Assembly (NCBI GenBank): GCA_010909165.1
Contig: VJWM01000068.1
Location: 1,302,001-1,366,000, forward strand
Direction: 5' to 3'
Source: Anthoceros angustus
Taxonomy: Eukaryota > Plantae > Anthocerotophyta
Length of the DNA stretch: 64,000 nt
The first letter of the stretch is position 1; each line of letters opens with the position of its first letter. Shown here in pieces: positions 34,701 through 49,400 of this stretch. The translations under genes were made by a program, and so were the position numbers. The notes beneath the pieces are model-generated. The model searched no databases, had not been told where the DNA came from, and saw only the letters and a list, made by a program, of their open reading frames with translations.

Positions 34701-37294
34701 CCAACCTCATCAGCGTAAATAGCTCCTCCTCTATTTCGTTCGTTCAAATGCTCCAACTCCGCATCCGTTGGGGAGGTTCGGATCTCGGCGTCGTCAAAAT
34801 CAACTCGGGTTCACCATAGCCCTCGCCTCTTACCTTCGTAGTCTTGATGAGGCCGCTTCTTGGTCGCGGATATGCGAATGGAGCGGTGGGTGCGGTGGAT
34901 GAGATACCGAGGCGGTTGCCCCATCCTCCCCACCAGTCACGGTCCATCGTCGCCGCGCGTCGGCGCGCCCGGCTGGTGTTCCGCGCCACGCGACTCCCCG
35001 GCAAGCCTCGCCCTCCCATCCACAGACGGTTGTCCACCGCCTTTCCATCTTTGAAGGGCTTCCCTCTCGGTGAAAGGCGCCATGAGTCCGGTATGCATTG
35101 AAGACTCCATTTTGAAAAAGCTTGTTTGCAAAGGCCGGTGGTGGTCATTCTTGCTCGGACCGGTCTGTGCACTTTACTTGCCCATAATCACATCATTTTC
35201 GACCTCGGCGGACTTGGAGCAATTTTCATGTCCCATTGGTTCGTTGCGTTACTCGTGATGTATGATATTGCCCAAATGGCTCTCAATGCCCCATTACTCC
35301 ATTTTACCACTAATCATCGACTTCCTCGACCATTCCCACACGTCACTTGGGTATTGGCACATTCGCCATTGGATCATGCTTGTTTGTTTGGAAATACTTT
35401 AATGCCCACTTGGCATCTTGGTTTACCCATCAGCTAGCGACATGCCACTATGTGCCAGCATGGGTTCCTCCTCTCTCCATCCCTCGCCGGAGTAGGCACG
35501 GCCAGGCCCACCCTGTTTCCATCCACTTGTCTCGGATGCATCATGCCTTTGAGTTACTGCGATGGCCACACAAATGGACCATCGATGGAGTGCACCACAT
35601 GCGACCTTCTCGGTATTCACAAGGTCAAACCGATTATCGACTTCGCGTGATGGCCTTGTCCCTCTGGCCGACTCGTACCATCAACCTTCAGCATGGATTA
35701 TACTCCTCAAAGCGCATGATGTTGCTCTATGTGGCCGTAGAAGCGCGCTCCTCTTGAGCTCCCGGCAGCCCACCACCCATGATAAACTTTACGCTGCTGC
35801 TATCTTTTGTGCTCACCGCCGTTTATGCGCCTCCATTTTACGAGTGGCTGCCTTTGTTCCACATGTGACTATGTGCGTGCACTGCGAGGCCATCCATTAT
35901 AGCCCTCACTTGGGTCATGGCGGGATGCCTCCCAAGCGCTCACGCCCTTCTTACATGCACCCACCTCTTGAAACTTGTTCCTCATGTGCACCGTACATCC
36001 TCACCTCTTCGTCGTACATGTCCAAAAAGCTGCATCACCTTCGTGTGATCTGACACATAAGTATGGGCTGGCGCACCTCAGCATCCATTGTGTATGCAGA
36101 CGGACACCCAGACTTTTCTCCCACGGTCCTCGGGACTCCATGATCCGGCGTGACCATAGTAGCGGAGGAATGACATGCGAAATGCATACTCTCTCTCTCT
36201 CTCATATCTTGGACTCTACGGTTTGGCGCCTTGTCCAGCTTCTGGATCCTAAGTATCTCTCCGGGTACATCCACAGTGTGCAGGCCAATCGACCTCGTCC
36301 ACTAAATGTATTATGAGGTGGGTTGATATATCAAAGACCTTTGGAGGAATTGCTTTTCGAGCACATCACCCATGACCTCTTCTCGTTGTGCTTGAATTTC
36401 ATGGGTATTGTCCATTGGCAAATCCATCTGATCGACCCAATTTCACAACTTGTACACCTCTGGGTCTATGCACCCCGAAGGGCGATGGGAAGATGATTTC
36501 CAGCATGATGTGCGATCATGGCACTTCAAGCTGCCCACCCCCCCTCTAATTTCGCTCCTATGTTAGACCCATAGCACATGGGCAGCTTTATGCGTTTAAT
36601 TCTCTCTATGACTTGGCGGAGGTCGTCTTTCGCCAAAGCGTAAGCGCCTCGGGGCAATGGATCCTCTCCTACAAACAACCACCTTTTCCCTCCATTGGCT
36701 TCCATGTCCATCCTTGATGCTAGGTCGTCTCGCTCTCCCGTCAAAGTGTGCCATATGGCCTCTGCATTGTTCTTTTCCACGTGCATGACATCCTTTGGCG
36801 CCATCACAAGAAGGTGGCGTATATGGGAGCACCCTAAGCAGAGAAGACATCGCGTTCCAAAATTTCCTCATTGCGGATCTCGGCGGGTGGCGCACCTTCT
36901 CTGCGTACCATATCATCACCACATCATCAAGCGTTGGTGGCACTGGGTGGCGGAGTTCGCCCGTCCATCGTACGATCCATGTCTTCCCGTCGCTATCGCC
37001 GGGCAACCACCTCCTGTTGCCAACATAAACTGCTTTTTAATTGATGAGAATAGCGGGAATCCGAGTCCGGCCAGCAATCCACACGCGGGTCCCTTTCACT
37101 TGCAATCGGTCGGTGCCCAACCTGTCGGCAATGACGTTGACCCATTTCGCACCTAAAATGCCTCCTAGGATCGTTCACGGTATTGAAAAGTCTTCCATGT
37201 CCACCCCTCTCCACAGCTCTTCCAGTTCTTCTACCAGGGGCGCCATATAAACATCAAAATTTTTTACCATGCCCGGTCCTGGTACAATGAGAGG
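31747..37294 (-). mobile_element. Second CACTA element, truncated; TnpD transposase at ~35200-37290
   Basis: IVPGPGMVKNFDVYMAPLVEELEELWRGV, VYVGNRRWLP, DVMHVEKN, KRIKLPMCYGSN, IHLVDE (Transposase_21/DUF4218-like). Subterminal tgttgcaa/tgtaacac repeats at 31800-32000 and a tactagaaat terminus at 31747. Confidence 0.85.
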
Positions 37295-40200
37295 TGTGGA
37301 CTATGGACTTCCCTTGGGGGATAGGAATTAAGTGGGGTTTTGTTTTTTTGGTAGGTTGGAATAGTAAAATAAGGCGGAAAAGGAGGAATAAGCACGGATG
37401 GCGCCCGGATCGACTCGGAGTATACTGACCGGAGTGGGCAACGCAGTACCACTATGGCGAGCTCGGACTACGCCGGTGTAACGGATAAGTCCGGACCCCT
37501 CCGGGGCAAAGCAGATAAGCCGAAGTAACTTAGAAGTTGAGTCGTGAGAGACTAGCGGGCGTGGGCGGCCCCGAGTGGAGGTCGGGCATGCAGCAGCCAG
37601 GGCCGTAGCCTGCCAGATTATGTATTCACGCCCAGCGGGCGTGGCGTAATGCAGCGGCGTAAGGCGGAAAAGGAGGAAGATGGGGCGTAGTCGTAAGCCA
37701 TGCGACCTCGCGATTCTGGAGACGAGGAAGAAGCGCCTTCCGCCCAGAAATTTACGACGGCCGGCGAGGAGGGTCATTTATTCGCCCTCGAGACAATTCG
37801 CTCTTGGCTCGCAACCCGGCTCTGGCGCTATTTCTTTGAGCGCCAGCATCTTCGCGCTCACCGTGGGGAGCGGCGAAGCAGCAAGAGGCGCATGCGGACT
37901 CCCGTGACTCGAACGAGGGAGAAGAAGGCGATGGCACCCAAAAGGCTGCGGAGGTCCTGGGAGCCATGGAACCTAGTAGGCGCAACATTGTGACACGCTA
38001 CCGACTTTGGGCCCCTGGCTGAGGAAGCGGGGAATTAGTCGAGGAGTGGCACTTAGATGTTTTCCAGTCTGACGCGTTTGACGTCACTACGTCCGGAGTT
38101 CGCCGGAAGATATTGGCGGCCAACAAGGAGGTTCGGTCCAAGAACCTCGGGAGGACAGGAGATGGACCTTGGAGGTCTGAGGCGCCTACAACCGCCCAAA
38201 GGAGGAAGATGGCGTAGTCCCAGGCCCCTCAAGGCAAAGGGAAAGATAGAGCCGCCAGCAGCGCTCGTCGAGGCCTTCGGACAACCAACGGCTGGTTGAT
38301 ATCAGAGACCTGGATACCAGTAAGGGTAAAGTCGGATTATTGTCCATTGGAACTCGCTCACCAAGGTGGATCACCTTGGTGATAATTTGTTAGTGTTCCC
38401 GCGTTCGGTAGGGGAAAGAGGCGGTGAGGAAGGATTATCTTCGCGGTTCACGGAGGCCGCAGCTAAGGCGAAGCCCTGATCGGTACATCCCATACGATCC
38501 ATGTATGGGGACATTTCAGCTGAAGGAGGAGAGATCGGCGGGCGCTCGAAGGAGGCCTGAGGCGGAAGGCGTGCGGCGCCCGAGGTGGGGCCGACCCCTA
38601 AGGCCAAAGCGGACCGGGAGGAGGAGGAGGAGGAGGATTCGGGACTCCATACGTCACGGACCCCTCACCAGGAAGTATGGGAAGAAATCCCGCTTCCCTT
38701 CTCACAGTGCCTCCGGCAATCAACGCAGCAGGAGGAGCAGCCACGGGAGTTGGCGGTTGCAGCTCAGGTAGCCCGGCCCAGCCTGACAGCCGGACTCGGC
38801 GGGACCTCAAGAGGCGCAAGGCAGCGTCTGTATGCACCTCAGACTGACTGTGCCCTTACCCCACCTTGCAGAGGTAAGAGGCGGTAAGGAGGCGAGGGCG
38901 CGCTCAAGGAGGCGAGGTCATGGCAGCCCGGGCCGGTCCTGTCCCCATGGGAAGGGGCAAAGGGCTAGCTCGACCCCTCACCCCTCCGAGCCCCGGGGAC
39001 GAAGAGGCAAATAAGGAAGCAAGAGGCCAAGGAGGGTAAAGCTCGGAGCTCACTCGTGACCTAAGGGTCCTGATTAGGTCCGAGAACCCGGTCAGGACTT
39101 ACTCGGACTGCGTATGGAGGTCCTTGGCGGACCGAAATGCCCGCTCCCACTACGGACTTTGTGGGGGTCTCATCAGTGGCGGCCGTGGAAGAAACACAGC
39201 GGGTCAGCTTCGTCATGGACGGTATGCTTTGGGGTCTCTGCGGGACGGCCGAAAAGACCCGGAGGTAGAAGCCACCCCGGTATGGTGCTCCTCCGGGAGG
39301 CTTGGAGGTGGCCCAGAGGCAAGGAGGAAGGCCAAGGAGGGTAAAGCTCGGAGCTCAACACTCGTGACCTAAGGGTCCTGATTAGGTCCGAGAACCCAGT
39401 CCGGACTTACTCGGACTGCTGATGGAGGTCCTGGCGGACTGCCAAATGCCCGCTCCCACTACGGACTTTGTGGGGTCTCACGTGGCGGCCGTGGAAGAAA
39501 CATCATGGTTCACACACCATGGACGGTATGCTGGGGTCTGCGCCGAAAAGACCCAGGAGGTAGAAGCCACCGAGGTGTATTATGGTGCTCCTCCGTGAGG
39601 GCTGAGGGCCCAGAGGCAAGGAGGAAGGCCGAAGCTCTTGGCCGCATCGAGAAGGGAAACGCAGGAAGGCCGAGAGGGAAGTCTGGCCATCTGCATTTTC
39701 TAAAGCAAAGGCATCCGCAACATAAGCAAAACTTCAGGGAGACCGGCCGTAGATGCGGACCAGCGCCGCATTCCGGGTCGTGGAGCCCACCCGCTAGTCT
39801 GGAATGTGATGCAAGAGAGGAGGACCTAGCTCTATGATCATGCAAGCATGCAACCCACCATAGGAATCTGCTCCGGATCCGTAGCCGCACGGCGGTTGAA
39901 GAACGGCCAGTGTTTTTTCAGGAATTGGAAGGTGTGCCAATTCCTTGGCTTTTGGACAGCCCGTGGTTTTGTCCTTGGCCTATGGGGTTTTGAAATTGTT
40001 CACAATGGTATATAAGGAGGGAGCCGGATAGTGATAACATGTCCAGGCTGATAGGAGAGATTGGGAGGTGGAGCAACTGGAGCGCTCGGTGGAGAAGCGG
40101 GTCTGCAGGAACCCTTGGCTGTACTTTGGGAAGTGATCAAGCTGTCAAGTAGGAGGAGAAGTGAAGATGAAGACGCGCAACAGTGCACGAGGAGTGCGCA

Positions 40201-42876
40201 AGCCTTCCAGCAGCAAGGAGGCGACGCCCCATCGGCTAAGGAAGAAGAAGGAGAAACTCCAAAGAGCGGTAGAAGGAGGGCCGTGGTTTTTGTGTTTCAG
40301 TGTGCAAGTCTCTTCGAGAGACTTGTGGGATTTTCAGCAGTGGGCTTCGGATGACAACGTGTAGCTGCAGTGGGCCTACTCTAACGTGGAATCAGTGGAG
40401 TCTTGTTACAGTGCCTTGACTCACGAGGAGGAACGGAGGAAATGGACAACACGTTGGACAATCGAAGGGATGGACTCAAAGACATCCGCAAGGTGTATGG
40501 GAGGCCGAGAGGCCGAGAGTAATGGTGTGGCTCCACCGAGAAAAATGAAGAAGGCAAGAGGGCAGTAGTGGCTGACCTTCCGGAGGAAGCCCTCAGCATG
40601 CTTGTTGGAGGGATGGATGCAAAAACACGCAACGGCTGGAGGACAGACAAGATTGCGGACCTCAAATGGAAGCTTTTCACGAGGATGGTGCTGGGGCTGA
40701 CCTGCTGCCAGCGAACCACCTACTTCAGCAGTGCGTTTTTTCATTTTATGTGGAAATTGAAGCAAGGAGCTCAGCCTGACTGGGGGACAGCCATGCTGAC
40801 TGCCTATGAGCATCACCGAGACAAGCTGCTGCAGCCGAACATAGTGGACAATGAAGGAGCGAGGCACAGCCATTTGAGTATTTGCACGGTGCACCTGTAT
40901 GCGGCATGGAGTACTTACAGGAGGAGCCGGAGGTCTTACAAGCCATTTGAAGTAGTCCCTCTTCGGGATGGTACAGGGGTCCCTCGCCAGAAGAAGTCAA
41001 GAAGGCCGAGGAGGAACCCAAGGTGGAGCAAAGAAGTGCTTCACCTCAGGTAGTGGTCTTGGATGATGCGACCATGCAGGCGTCTGACGCCAAGAAAGGA
41101 GAGGTGCCTGTCGTTCTGGAGGAGGCAGTGGCACAAGAGGAAGAGGTGGCAGTGCCACCAAGTGTACAGGAGGAGACCCCTATGGAGCAGGATGGAGGAG
41201 ATAACCCACCCCAGAAGATAACTGAGTCACAAAAGTCCCATCCAACATCGTCAGTCAGGAGTGGAGAGACTGCCCAACGGGGAAAAGGCAGTCTGAACCT
41301 ACCCCAGGAGGGGAATAAGAAAACTAAGGCCTTGAAGGATTTGCTGACCATTTGTCAGCTAATTGATACTCCACTGGTGAAGCAGGCTTTGGAAGAAGTG
41401 GAGGCGTTGAAGGTGAGAGATGTCGTTAGGACAACTGAGGCAACTGCCCTACAGACAGGTGGGGAGAAAAACAGCAAGGTGAGCAAGGAGTTGGCACTAG
41501 CGAAGGGGTGCCTTGTTGACCTGGAGAGAAGGCTAGGACTCAGCAAGATTGAAGAGCAAAAGGCTGAGGCAAGAGAATAAGGAGCACGCAGGAGAAGTGG
41601 CTACCCTCAATCGGAAGATTGAGGAGACTGTCCGATGTGGGAAGGAGTGGCAGCAGCAACTCTCAGTCCTTCAGGCTGAGAGGAAGCAGAGTGGGGACGC
41701 ATTGAAGGCTCTTGAAGGAGGGGAGGCTACCTGCCAAGCACGAGGAGTTGGAGTACAAGCTCAAGGAGCTGGAGGAGGGACAGCTCTTGGGGTAAGGAAC
41801 GCGAGCTCACAAAGCAAACGGCGAGTCGAGCAACGATGGAAGGAAGAGGTGGCTCACGGACTGAAATCATGCATCGCATCCTGGTCATCAGGAAGCAACG
41901 CTTTCAGGCCGACTATGCTTGGCAATAGGGATCCTGAGGCATGGAAGGAGATGCGCCGAGAATGTTACCTTACAGCCTCCGCTTGAGTGAGGTGACCTCG
42001 AGAGATGCTCACAAAAGTTGGCCTCGGGAGAGTGGCTCATGGATTTTGATGAGAGATTTGAAGGGCTGTGAGATGCAGTCCACCTACACGCCAGGTCAAC
42101 AAACTCACCAAGGAGATGCGCTCCTTGTTGACAAGGAAGCTGTTGGGCCCCCATGATGATGACCGAGAGATTTTGGAGGAATTGCGGCCCTCAGCTTCGG
42201 AGATTCAGGACCTGGAGAGCGAAATGGATGCGGAAGGTTCGATTTGGAGGAATTGCGCCTCGCCGAGATTCAGGACCTGGAGAGCGAAATGGATGCGGAA
42301 GGTTCGATTTGGGAGGAGTCGACGGAGGAGGAAGTTTCTAGCCAACCGTGAGGCTGGTGGAGGTGTCTGGCGGCGCGGGTTGCAGACCCCCAACTTCCTC
42401 GAGTTGGTTGCGACGATGGCGGGACATGCCGCCACCGAGGTCGGTGCCTGCAAGAGCGCCCCGCGAGAGGGGCGACGCCAGCTTCATCACTGCCAGCATC
42501 ACGAGACAAGGTGAGACTCGCCGTGGCGAGGAGGGAGGATCGGTGGGGACAGTCCCCGAGAGAAGGAAGACGGTGGTGGGTCGGCCATGCCAATGCCCAA
42601 GAAGAAGTAGGGTAGGAGAGCGAGTAGGGGAGTTCAGGGTCATCAAGACCCTTGGGGGTAGTGGATCGTTAGGAAGGTAGGTTAAGAACCTTTAAAAGGC
42701 CACCTACTTGAAAACCGTAGTTGCCCACCCACCCGAACTTAATTAACGCTAGGGTTTGGGAGTTCCTATAAGTAGGGGAGGAACCCCCATAATAAAATGT
42801 CATGTCTTGCTCTCCTAACCATGCGCTACCGCTGTGAGCGTGGTCGGGCCGTATGGATGCATGGTGTCTGGTAGGG
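37295..42876 (+). mobile_element. LTR-retrotransposon-derived segment with an accessory ORF
   Basis: Begins TGTGGAC exactly where the CACTA transposase is cut and resembles the other LTR starts. It carries a QWAYSNVESVE..NGWRTDKIADLKWKLF..DWG ORF plus a coiled-coil region (~40370-41900). No gag or pol was recognised. Confidence 0.55.
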
Positions 42877-44674
42877 TGTGGTGACCACATGGGTACTCAG
42901 ACCCCCTCGAAAAGGAGTGTTTTTTTTGTTTTGTGTTTAAGTTGTGAGAATCGTGTGGAGTTGGAATGTGAAGTAGGTTAGGAAATAAGAACAGTCTACT
43001 AGAGCCTAGTAGGAGGGAGGAGAGCAAGAGGAGAGCATGGGGCTAGGAGGCCTAGGAGGCCTAGGAGAGATAATAGGGTAAGTGACCTCGAAAGTCAGAG
43101 GCCCATGTGCTATAGATGGGATAAATCTTATCTTCTCTCTTAGTGGGATGTAATTAAGAGATAGGCCTCTAGGACTGTAGGCTAAGGCGATTGGTATTTT
43201 TGGCAAGCGCCAAGCTACTTTGTGGGCTGATCTTGGGGTATAAGAGGCAGCCCTCTTGATGAAATGTAAGCAATGTTGGTTTAAGGTCTTGGTGTTTGGG
43301 GTGAGCACGGGGTTTGGGGGTACCAGATCCGATCTTTGTAAGTCTAGACACCGCTTTGTCACAGAGAAGCCAAGAAGACCACCAAGTTGCCTAGATCGTG
43401 GCCGGATCCGCAAGGGTGGTGGAAAGCAAGGGAGGGAGCCTTGAGGTCTCCTTGGAGGGAGTTTCAAGGTCAAGAGGAAGGGGTTGTGAAGCCGGGAGGT
43501 CCAGACTCTTCCTCATTCCCTTCACTAGTCTAGTACTCACCTTGTGTTTTGAGTTTTCGGTGTGTTGGAGGTCGGGTGTTTGGGAGAAGAGAGGCGGGGG
43601 CCCGTGTGTGAGGAGAAGACAAGGCGGGAGCCTGTGTGGAGGAGAAGTCAAGGAAAAGTCAAGTGAGTTGGAGGCCTGGGCTTGTGTGTTTGGAAAATGA
43701 GAGGAAAAGTGAGCTGAGAGAAGTGGAGAATCTGGACATGGAGAGTTGCTGATTGGCTGTTTGAGAGGAGTAAGAAGGACTGGAGAAGTCGTAAGTGATG
43801 TTTGTGTTCTTGAAGAGAGGCTGTGAGTGGAGGTTGAAGATCCGTGAGTGGATGAGACGGAATGATTATGGAGGTAGCTGAACAAGTATTTTGAGAGTTG
43901 GTGAAGTCTGTAAGGGCCTGGATGAGAACCTTGTAAGGACTGGAGAGGTCTTGTGAGCTGAAAGTGGAGATTGAATGGGGCGGTGAGGTGTGAGAACAAG
44001 GAGAGTTGAAGAGAGTTCTTTGGGGAGACTTGGAGAGTGTGGGAGGATGCAGAGGCACCTCAAGGGGCTGTGAGAGCCTGGAGAGGTCTGTGGAGCTTGG
44101 AAGGTGAGCTGAAAAGGAGGAGAGACAAGGAAGTCTCAAGAAGTGCAAGAGAAAGGGGGTAGTTGTGTGAGCTGCAACCCTTTATCGTGAGTTGTCCTAG
44201 GTTTAGGTTTAGAGATTAGGGTTAGGGCCGGCTGCTTAGGTTGTCCATAAATAGTGTGTGGAAAAGGTGACACGTGGCTAACTCGATTGGTGGATCTAAC
44301 TTTGTGGATAGATAGAGAGGGTGTCCAACCTTATCCACTTGGATCCCCAAGTGGGTCCCACCTTCTATTAATAGCCGGACTGATCCCAAGGTGGACCCCA
44401 CTGCTAAAATAGAGGGTGGTTGCTAAGATATAGCCGGGTGTATTGCTAAGGTAGCAATCGAGCGTGGCTAAGATAGCCCGCAGTGCAGTGTTGTTAGGAT
44501 AGTAGCCCGGTCTCAGAATCGCTAGATGTTTGGTGTATCGTGTTTGGTTGGATTGGCTATGTTTTGGTTGTCTTGACACGAAATCACTCCCTTGGGTACG
44601 AATCTCAAGTCTACAACGATAAAGAGGGTAAATGTGGCCTCTTTGTGACCACTTGGTTTAGAAAATCACCCACA
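42877..44674 (+). mobile_element. 1.8-kb solo LTR
   Basis: TGTGGTGACC...aaaatcacccaCA flanked by a 5-bp TSD TAGGG (42872-42876 and 44675-44679). Confidence 0.85.
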
Positions 44675-45760
44675 TAGGGTCTTGAGGTGCGGTGACAGAC
44701 AGGCCGTGCTCACGCCTTCCTTTTGAGGTAGCAGCAGTGTGTGTGAGCGTGGAGCGTGCCAGAGTCGAGAGCAGACGGAAGGGTCGGTAAAGGAGGTCCT
44801 TGTAAAACCCAAAGGCGAGAGGTGCTGTAAGGGCCTGGATGAGAACCTTGTAAGGACCGGAGAGGTGCCGTGAGTCAGGAAAAGTGAGATTGAATGGGGC
44901 GGTGAGGTGTGAGAACAAGGAGAGTTGAAGAGAGTTGCCGGGGAAACTTGGAGAGTGTGGGGAGGATCATGACAGAGGCACCTCAAGGGGCTGTGAGAGC
45001 CTGGAGAGGTCTCATGGAGCTTGGAAGGTGAGCTGAAAGGCCGGAGGAGAGACAAGGAAGTCTCAAGAAGTGCCGCAAGAGAAAGGGGGTAGTTTGAGCT
45101 GCAACCCTTTATCGTGAGTTGTCCTAGGTTTAGGTTTAGAGATTAGGTTAGGCTGCTTAGGTTGTCCATAAATAGTGTGTGGAAAAGGTGACACGTGGCT
45201 AACTCGATTGGTGGATCTAACTTTGTGGATAGATAAGAGAGAGGGTGTCCAACCTTATCCACTTGGATCCCCAAGTGGGTCCCACCTTCTATTAATAGCT
45301 GCATGATCCCAAGGTGGACCCCACTGCTAAAATAGAGGGTGGTTGCTAAGATAGCAACGGTATGTCCGCTGCTAAGGTAGCAATAGGTCAGCGCTAAGAT
45401 AGCCATGTGTCCGAGTGTTGTTAGGATAGTAGCCGGTCTCAGAATCGCTAGATGTTTGGTGTGTCCGTGTTTGGTTGGATTGGCTATGTTTTGGTTGTCT
45501 TGACACGAAATCACTCCCTTGGGTACGAATCTCAAGTCTACAACGATAAAGAGGGTAAATGTGGCTTTGTGACCACTTGGTTTAGAAAATCACCCACATA
45601 GGGTCTTGAGGTGCGGTGACTGTGTAGGGCCAGGCTCACGCCTTCCTTTGTTGAGGTAGCAGCTAGGGAGTGTGTGAGCTGGAGGCGCCAGAGTCAGCAG
45701 ACGGAGCTAAGGTCGGTAAAGGAGGTCCTTGTAAAACCCAAAGGCCGAGAGGTCCGCTGC
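43905..45760 (+). repeat. Tandem duplication (~920-bp period) spanning the solo-LTR 3' end and its flank
   Basis: The LTR end aaaatcacccaca plus tagggtcttgaggtgcggtgac occurs at 44674 and again at 45598. The copies differ mostly by small indels. Confidence 0.85.
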
Positions 45761-45886
45761 AACCAGGTGTCCGCCTAGGTGCGTGAGGGCACCGCCTGTG
45801 ATATGAGGCACCGGTGGGGCTGTGAGGCGCCTGGTCGGTAGCTAGGAAGAGTGGAAGAGGTAGATTAGAGAAGAGAGGAGAAAGAG

Positions 45887-46230
45887 GAGAAAAGAGAAAA
45901 GAGAAAAGAGAAAAGAGAAAAGAGAAAAGAGAAAAGAGAAAAGAGAGAAAGAGAAAAGAGAAAAGAGAAAAGAGAAAAGAGAGAGAAAAGAGAAAAGAGA
46001 AAAGAGAAAAGAGAAAAGAGAAAAGAGAAAAGAGAAAGAGAAAAGAGAAAAGAGAAAAGAGAAAAGAGAAAAGAGAAAGAGAAAAGAGAAAGAGAAAAGA
46101 GAAAAGAGAAAAGAGAAAAGAGAAAAGAGAAAAGAGAAAAGAGAAAGAGAAAAGAGAAAAGAGAAAAGAGAAAGAGAAAAGAGAAAAAGAAAAGAGAAAA
46201 GAGAAAAGAGAAAAGAGAAAAGAGAAAAGA
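45887..46230. repeat. (GAGAAAA)n polypurine heptamer array, ~50 units
   Basis: Directly visible; about 340 bp of purines on the plus strand. Confidence 0.97.
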
Positions 46231-46499
46231 ACTAGAAATTTGAACTAGCTACGCTCCTTTTGACACTGCATGGGAAATCGTTAGGTAGGCATACCGAGTA
46301 CAAAAGGGGAGAAGAATAGGTCAAAATGATTCCGTAAGGAGGTGTAGGTGGCGAAAGAGATGGTCGACGCCATCACGTGCTGCCACCCTACCTCGGTAGG
46401 TCGGGAAGCCCAAACGACGAGGGCAGCCTACTGCCGTAGGCTGACAAGACACCATCGTAGGTTGAGGGCCTGCGAACGGAAAGTAGGAATTAAGGGATA

Positions 46500-49400
46500 G
46501 GGTGGAGCTACTATATATGTTCACCAATAGTAACATAAATAAATAGGCTAAAATAGGGATACGTAATTAGGAGTGTATTTATTAGGGGAACATTAATTAG
46601 CGGCCGAAACCCAAGGAGTAACCTAGAGGGGGAAAATAGTACTTTAGGACCATCTAGGGTAAAGGAGCGCCACGTGGCACACATCCAAGAGGAAGGTCCA
46701 GTTAATCCGCGCCTCTCTCACCTTGAATCGAGCATCTCCACTTCGAGGCGCGAACTCTCGAGCTTGAAGAGAACGGACGATCGGAAACCCTAGCTTGGTG
46801 AAAGGGGAGAAAAAGGGGAAAGGAGACAAGGAAGGCGCCAGGCCGAGAGGAGCGTAAAAGTTCGAGACGCGCAGCGGGTGGAAGACTGGAAGAGCGGCGG
46901 ACACAAGGACGGAGTGCTGGAGCGTGGACCCGCCGACGGAGCCGAAGAAGGATATGCGAAGCAGGCACCAGAAACTCAGCAAATGCGCCTTCACGTTGGA
47001 GAGGAGCTTGACGAAGGAGGTCGGGACCAAGCCAGGGCTAACCACCGATTGTGTGACAGGGTTGCGTCCCACCAGGAGAGTGTTGGGAGAGACACTAGAG
47101 GGGCGGAGGAACCGCACATTGGGAAGCAATTCCTCTGCGCCCCAAAGCCGCTGGGAAGTAAAACGCCGCACCAGCCGACGCGAGGAGGGCAAGGGGAAAG
47201 AGATGCCCGAGGCTCGCCCTCAAGAGGGGCGCGAAGAGGCAAAACCAGCAGCAGGAGGAGTGCCACAAGGAGGCGCGGTCGATCGATGTCGTGATGACAT
47301 CGTACCATCATGTGCTATATAATACCATCCAAAGCTACAACCATGTACTCTAGTGACACATCGCAACACACCTTCCAAACCATGCTAAGTCGTATGGTCA
47401 CTCATTCCGCGCCTCTCTCACCTTGAATCGAGCATCTCCACTTCGAGCGTAGCGCGAACTCTCGAGCTTGAAGAGAACGGACGATCGGAAACCCTAGCTC
47501 AGGGTGAAAGGGGAGAAAAGAGGGGGAGGAAGGCGCCAGCGAGGAGCGTAAAGTTCGAGACGCCGCAGCGGGTGGAAGACTGGAAGAGCGGCGGACACAA
47601 GGACGGAGGCCGAGCGTGACCCGACGGAGTCAAGAAGGATATGGCTGCACCGTAAACTCAAAATGCGCCTTCACGTTGGAGAGGAGCTTGACGAAGGAGG
47701 TCGGGACCAAGCGGGGCTAACCACCGATTGTGTGACAGTGGTTGCGCCCCACTGTGAGAGTGTTGGGAGAGACACTAGAGGGGCGGAGGAACCGCACATT
47801 GGGAAGCAATTCCTCTGCGCCCCAAAGCCGCTGGGAAGTAAAACGCCGCTTTCCTCACAGCACCATGACGCGAGGAGCGAAGGGCAGGGAAAGAGATGCC
47901 CGCGAGGCTCGCCCTCAAGAGGGGCGCAAGAGGCAAAACCAGCAGCAGGAGGAGTGCCACAGAAGTGTGGCCGACATCGATGTCGTGATGACATCAAGAC
48001 GTACCATGTGCTATATAATACCAAGCTACAACCATGTACTCTAGTGACACATCGCAACACACCTTCCAAACCATGCTAAGTCACGGTCACTCATTCCGCT
48101 GCCTAAGTTTATAACAACAAAACAAAACAAGAATCGACATAATTGTCGACCTCATTCAGAGGTTCGAGCTAAATGCATCAAGATCCGCTCAGTTGAGTGG
48201 AGAGTTCTAGTCCACAAAAACGCACATCATCAACGCAGTGTGGGCTCATGCTCACTGATCATGCAACCTATTGTTCCAACCGGATGAATTGCATAGAAAA
48301 GAATGCCAATCGTGAGCCATTGCTCAGCCAGTGTCGCGACCGCGCTTTCACAGCTAGGACTCTCATGACTGCTACCAACACAGACCTCTTAAGCTCCCGT
48401 CTCATCATCTGCTCATCTGCCTTCGCTCCCGCTCCCGCCATCACTTTGAACTTTGTTCGCATCATCATTCATGCGCGGATTCTCAACCAAAAGCCTAAAT
48501 CTCGGGCGCCCTATTCACATAGGCACCGCACACTATTGACCTAATCGTGTTTTACCACGCATTTATACCCACATGCGAATTAACCTAGAACCGCTTATGT
48601 TAGCTCCTACATATGCAGCCGCACATTGGGAAGCAATTCCTCTTGCGCCCCAAAGTCTGGGAAGTAAACGCCGCTTTCCTCACAACCAGACCATGACGCG
48701 AGCGAAGGGCAAGGGAAAGAGATGCCCGAGGCTCGCCCTCAAGAGGGGGCGCACGAAGAGGCAAAAAACCAGCAGCAGGAGGAGTGCCACAAGGAGGCCG
48801 CGGCTTGGAAATGCCGCAATTTACTTGTTTTGCGGGGCAGCTCAACCCCCGAGACCTAGTCGACTTTCGGTAGTAGGCCGAAGAAGATAACATCCAATTA
48901 GGATGGGTGTATGGCCGCCAATGGGCCTACACCAATTTGGAGTTGATTGAGGAATGCTTTGTCAATCTTCACCAACCGGGCGAGCCTTACCGCCGGAGAG
49001 AAATGCCAGATCCTCGTCGACGGTGAAGCATCAAGCAAGTGTATGGAGACCGGAGGAGAGCTCGAGTTGCTCTTCTTGAGAGGACGAATGGGAGGAGAGC
49101 CTCACGGTGGACATTCCCAAGAGGTCTTGGACCTCATCGATGGGGATGAAAGCTAAAACGAAGAATGGCTGGAAGACGGAAAACATCAAGGAGCTCAAGT
49201 GGAGACTCTTCGCCAAGATTGTATTGGGATTGGTAAATTATCACTCACCTCTTATTTTAGCACCAATTTCTTACAGCCTTATGGAAGATTGTAAGAGGAG
49301 CCAAGCAGTGGGGACCATAATGTATGAGGCGTACATCCATCATAGGGAGAAGCTTCTCAAGCCCAATGCGGTGGATGAGGGAAGTGCAAGGCCTTGGTAC

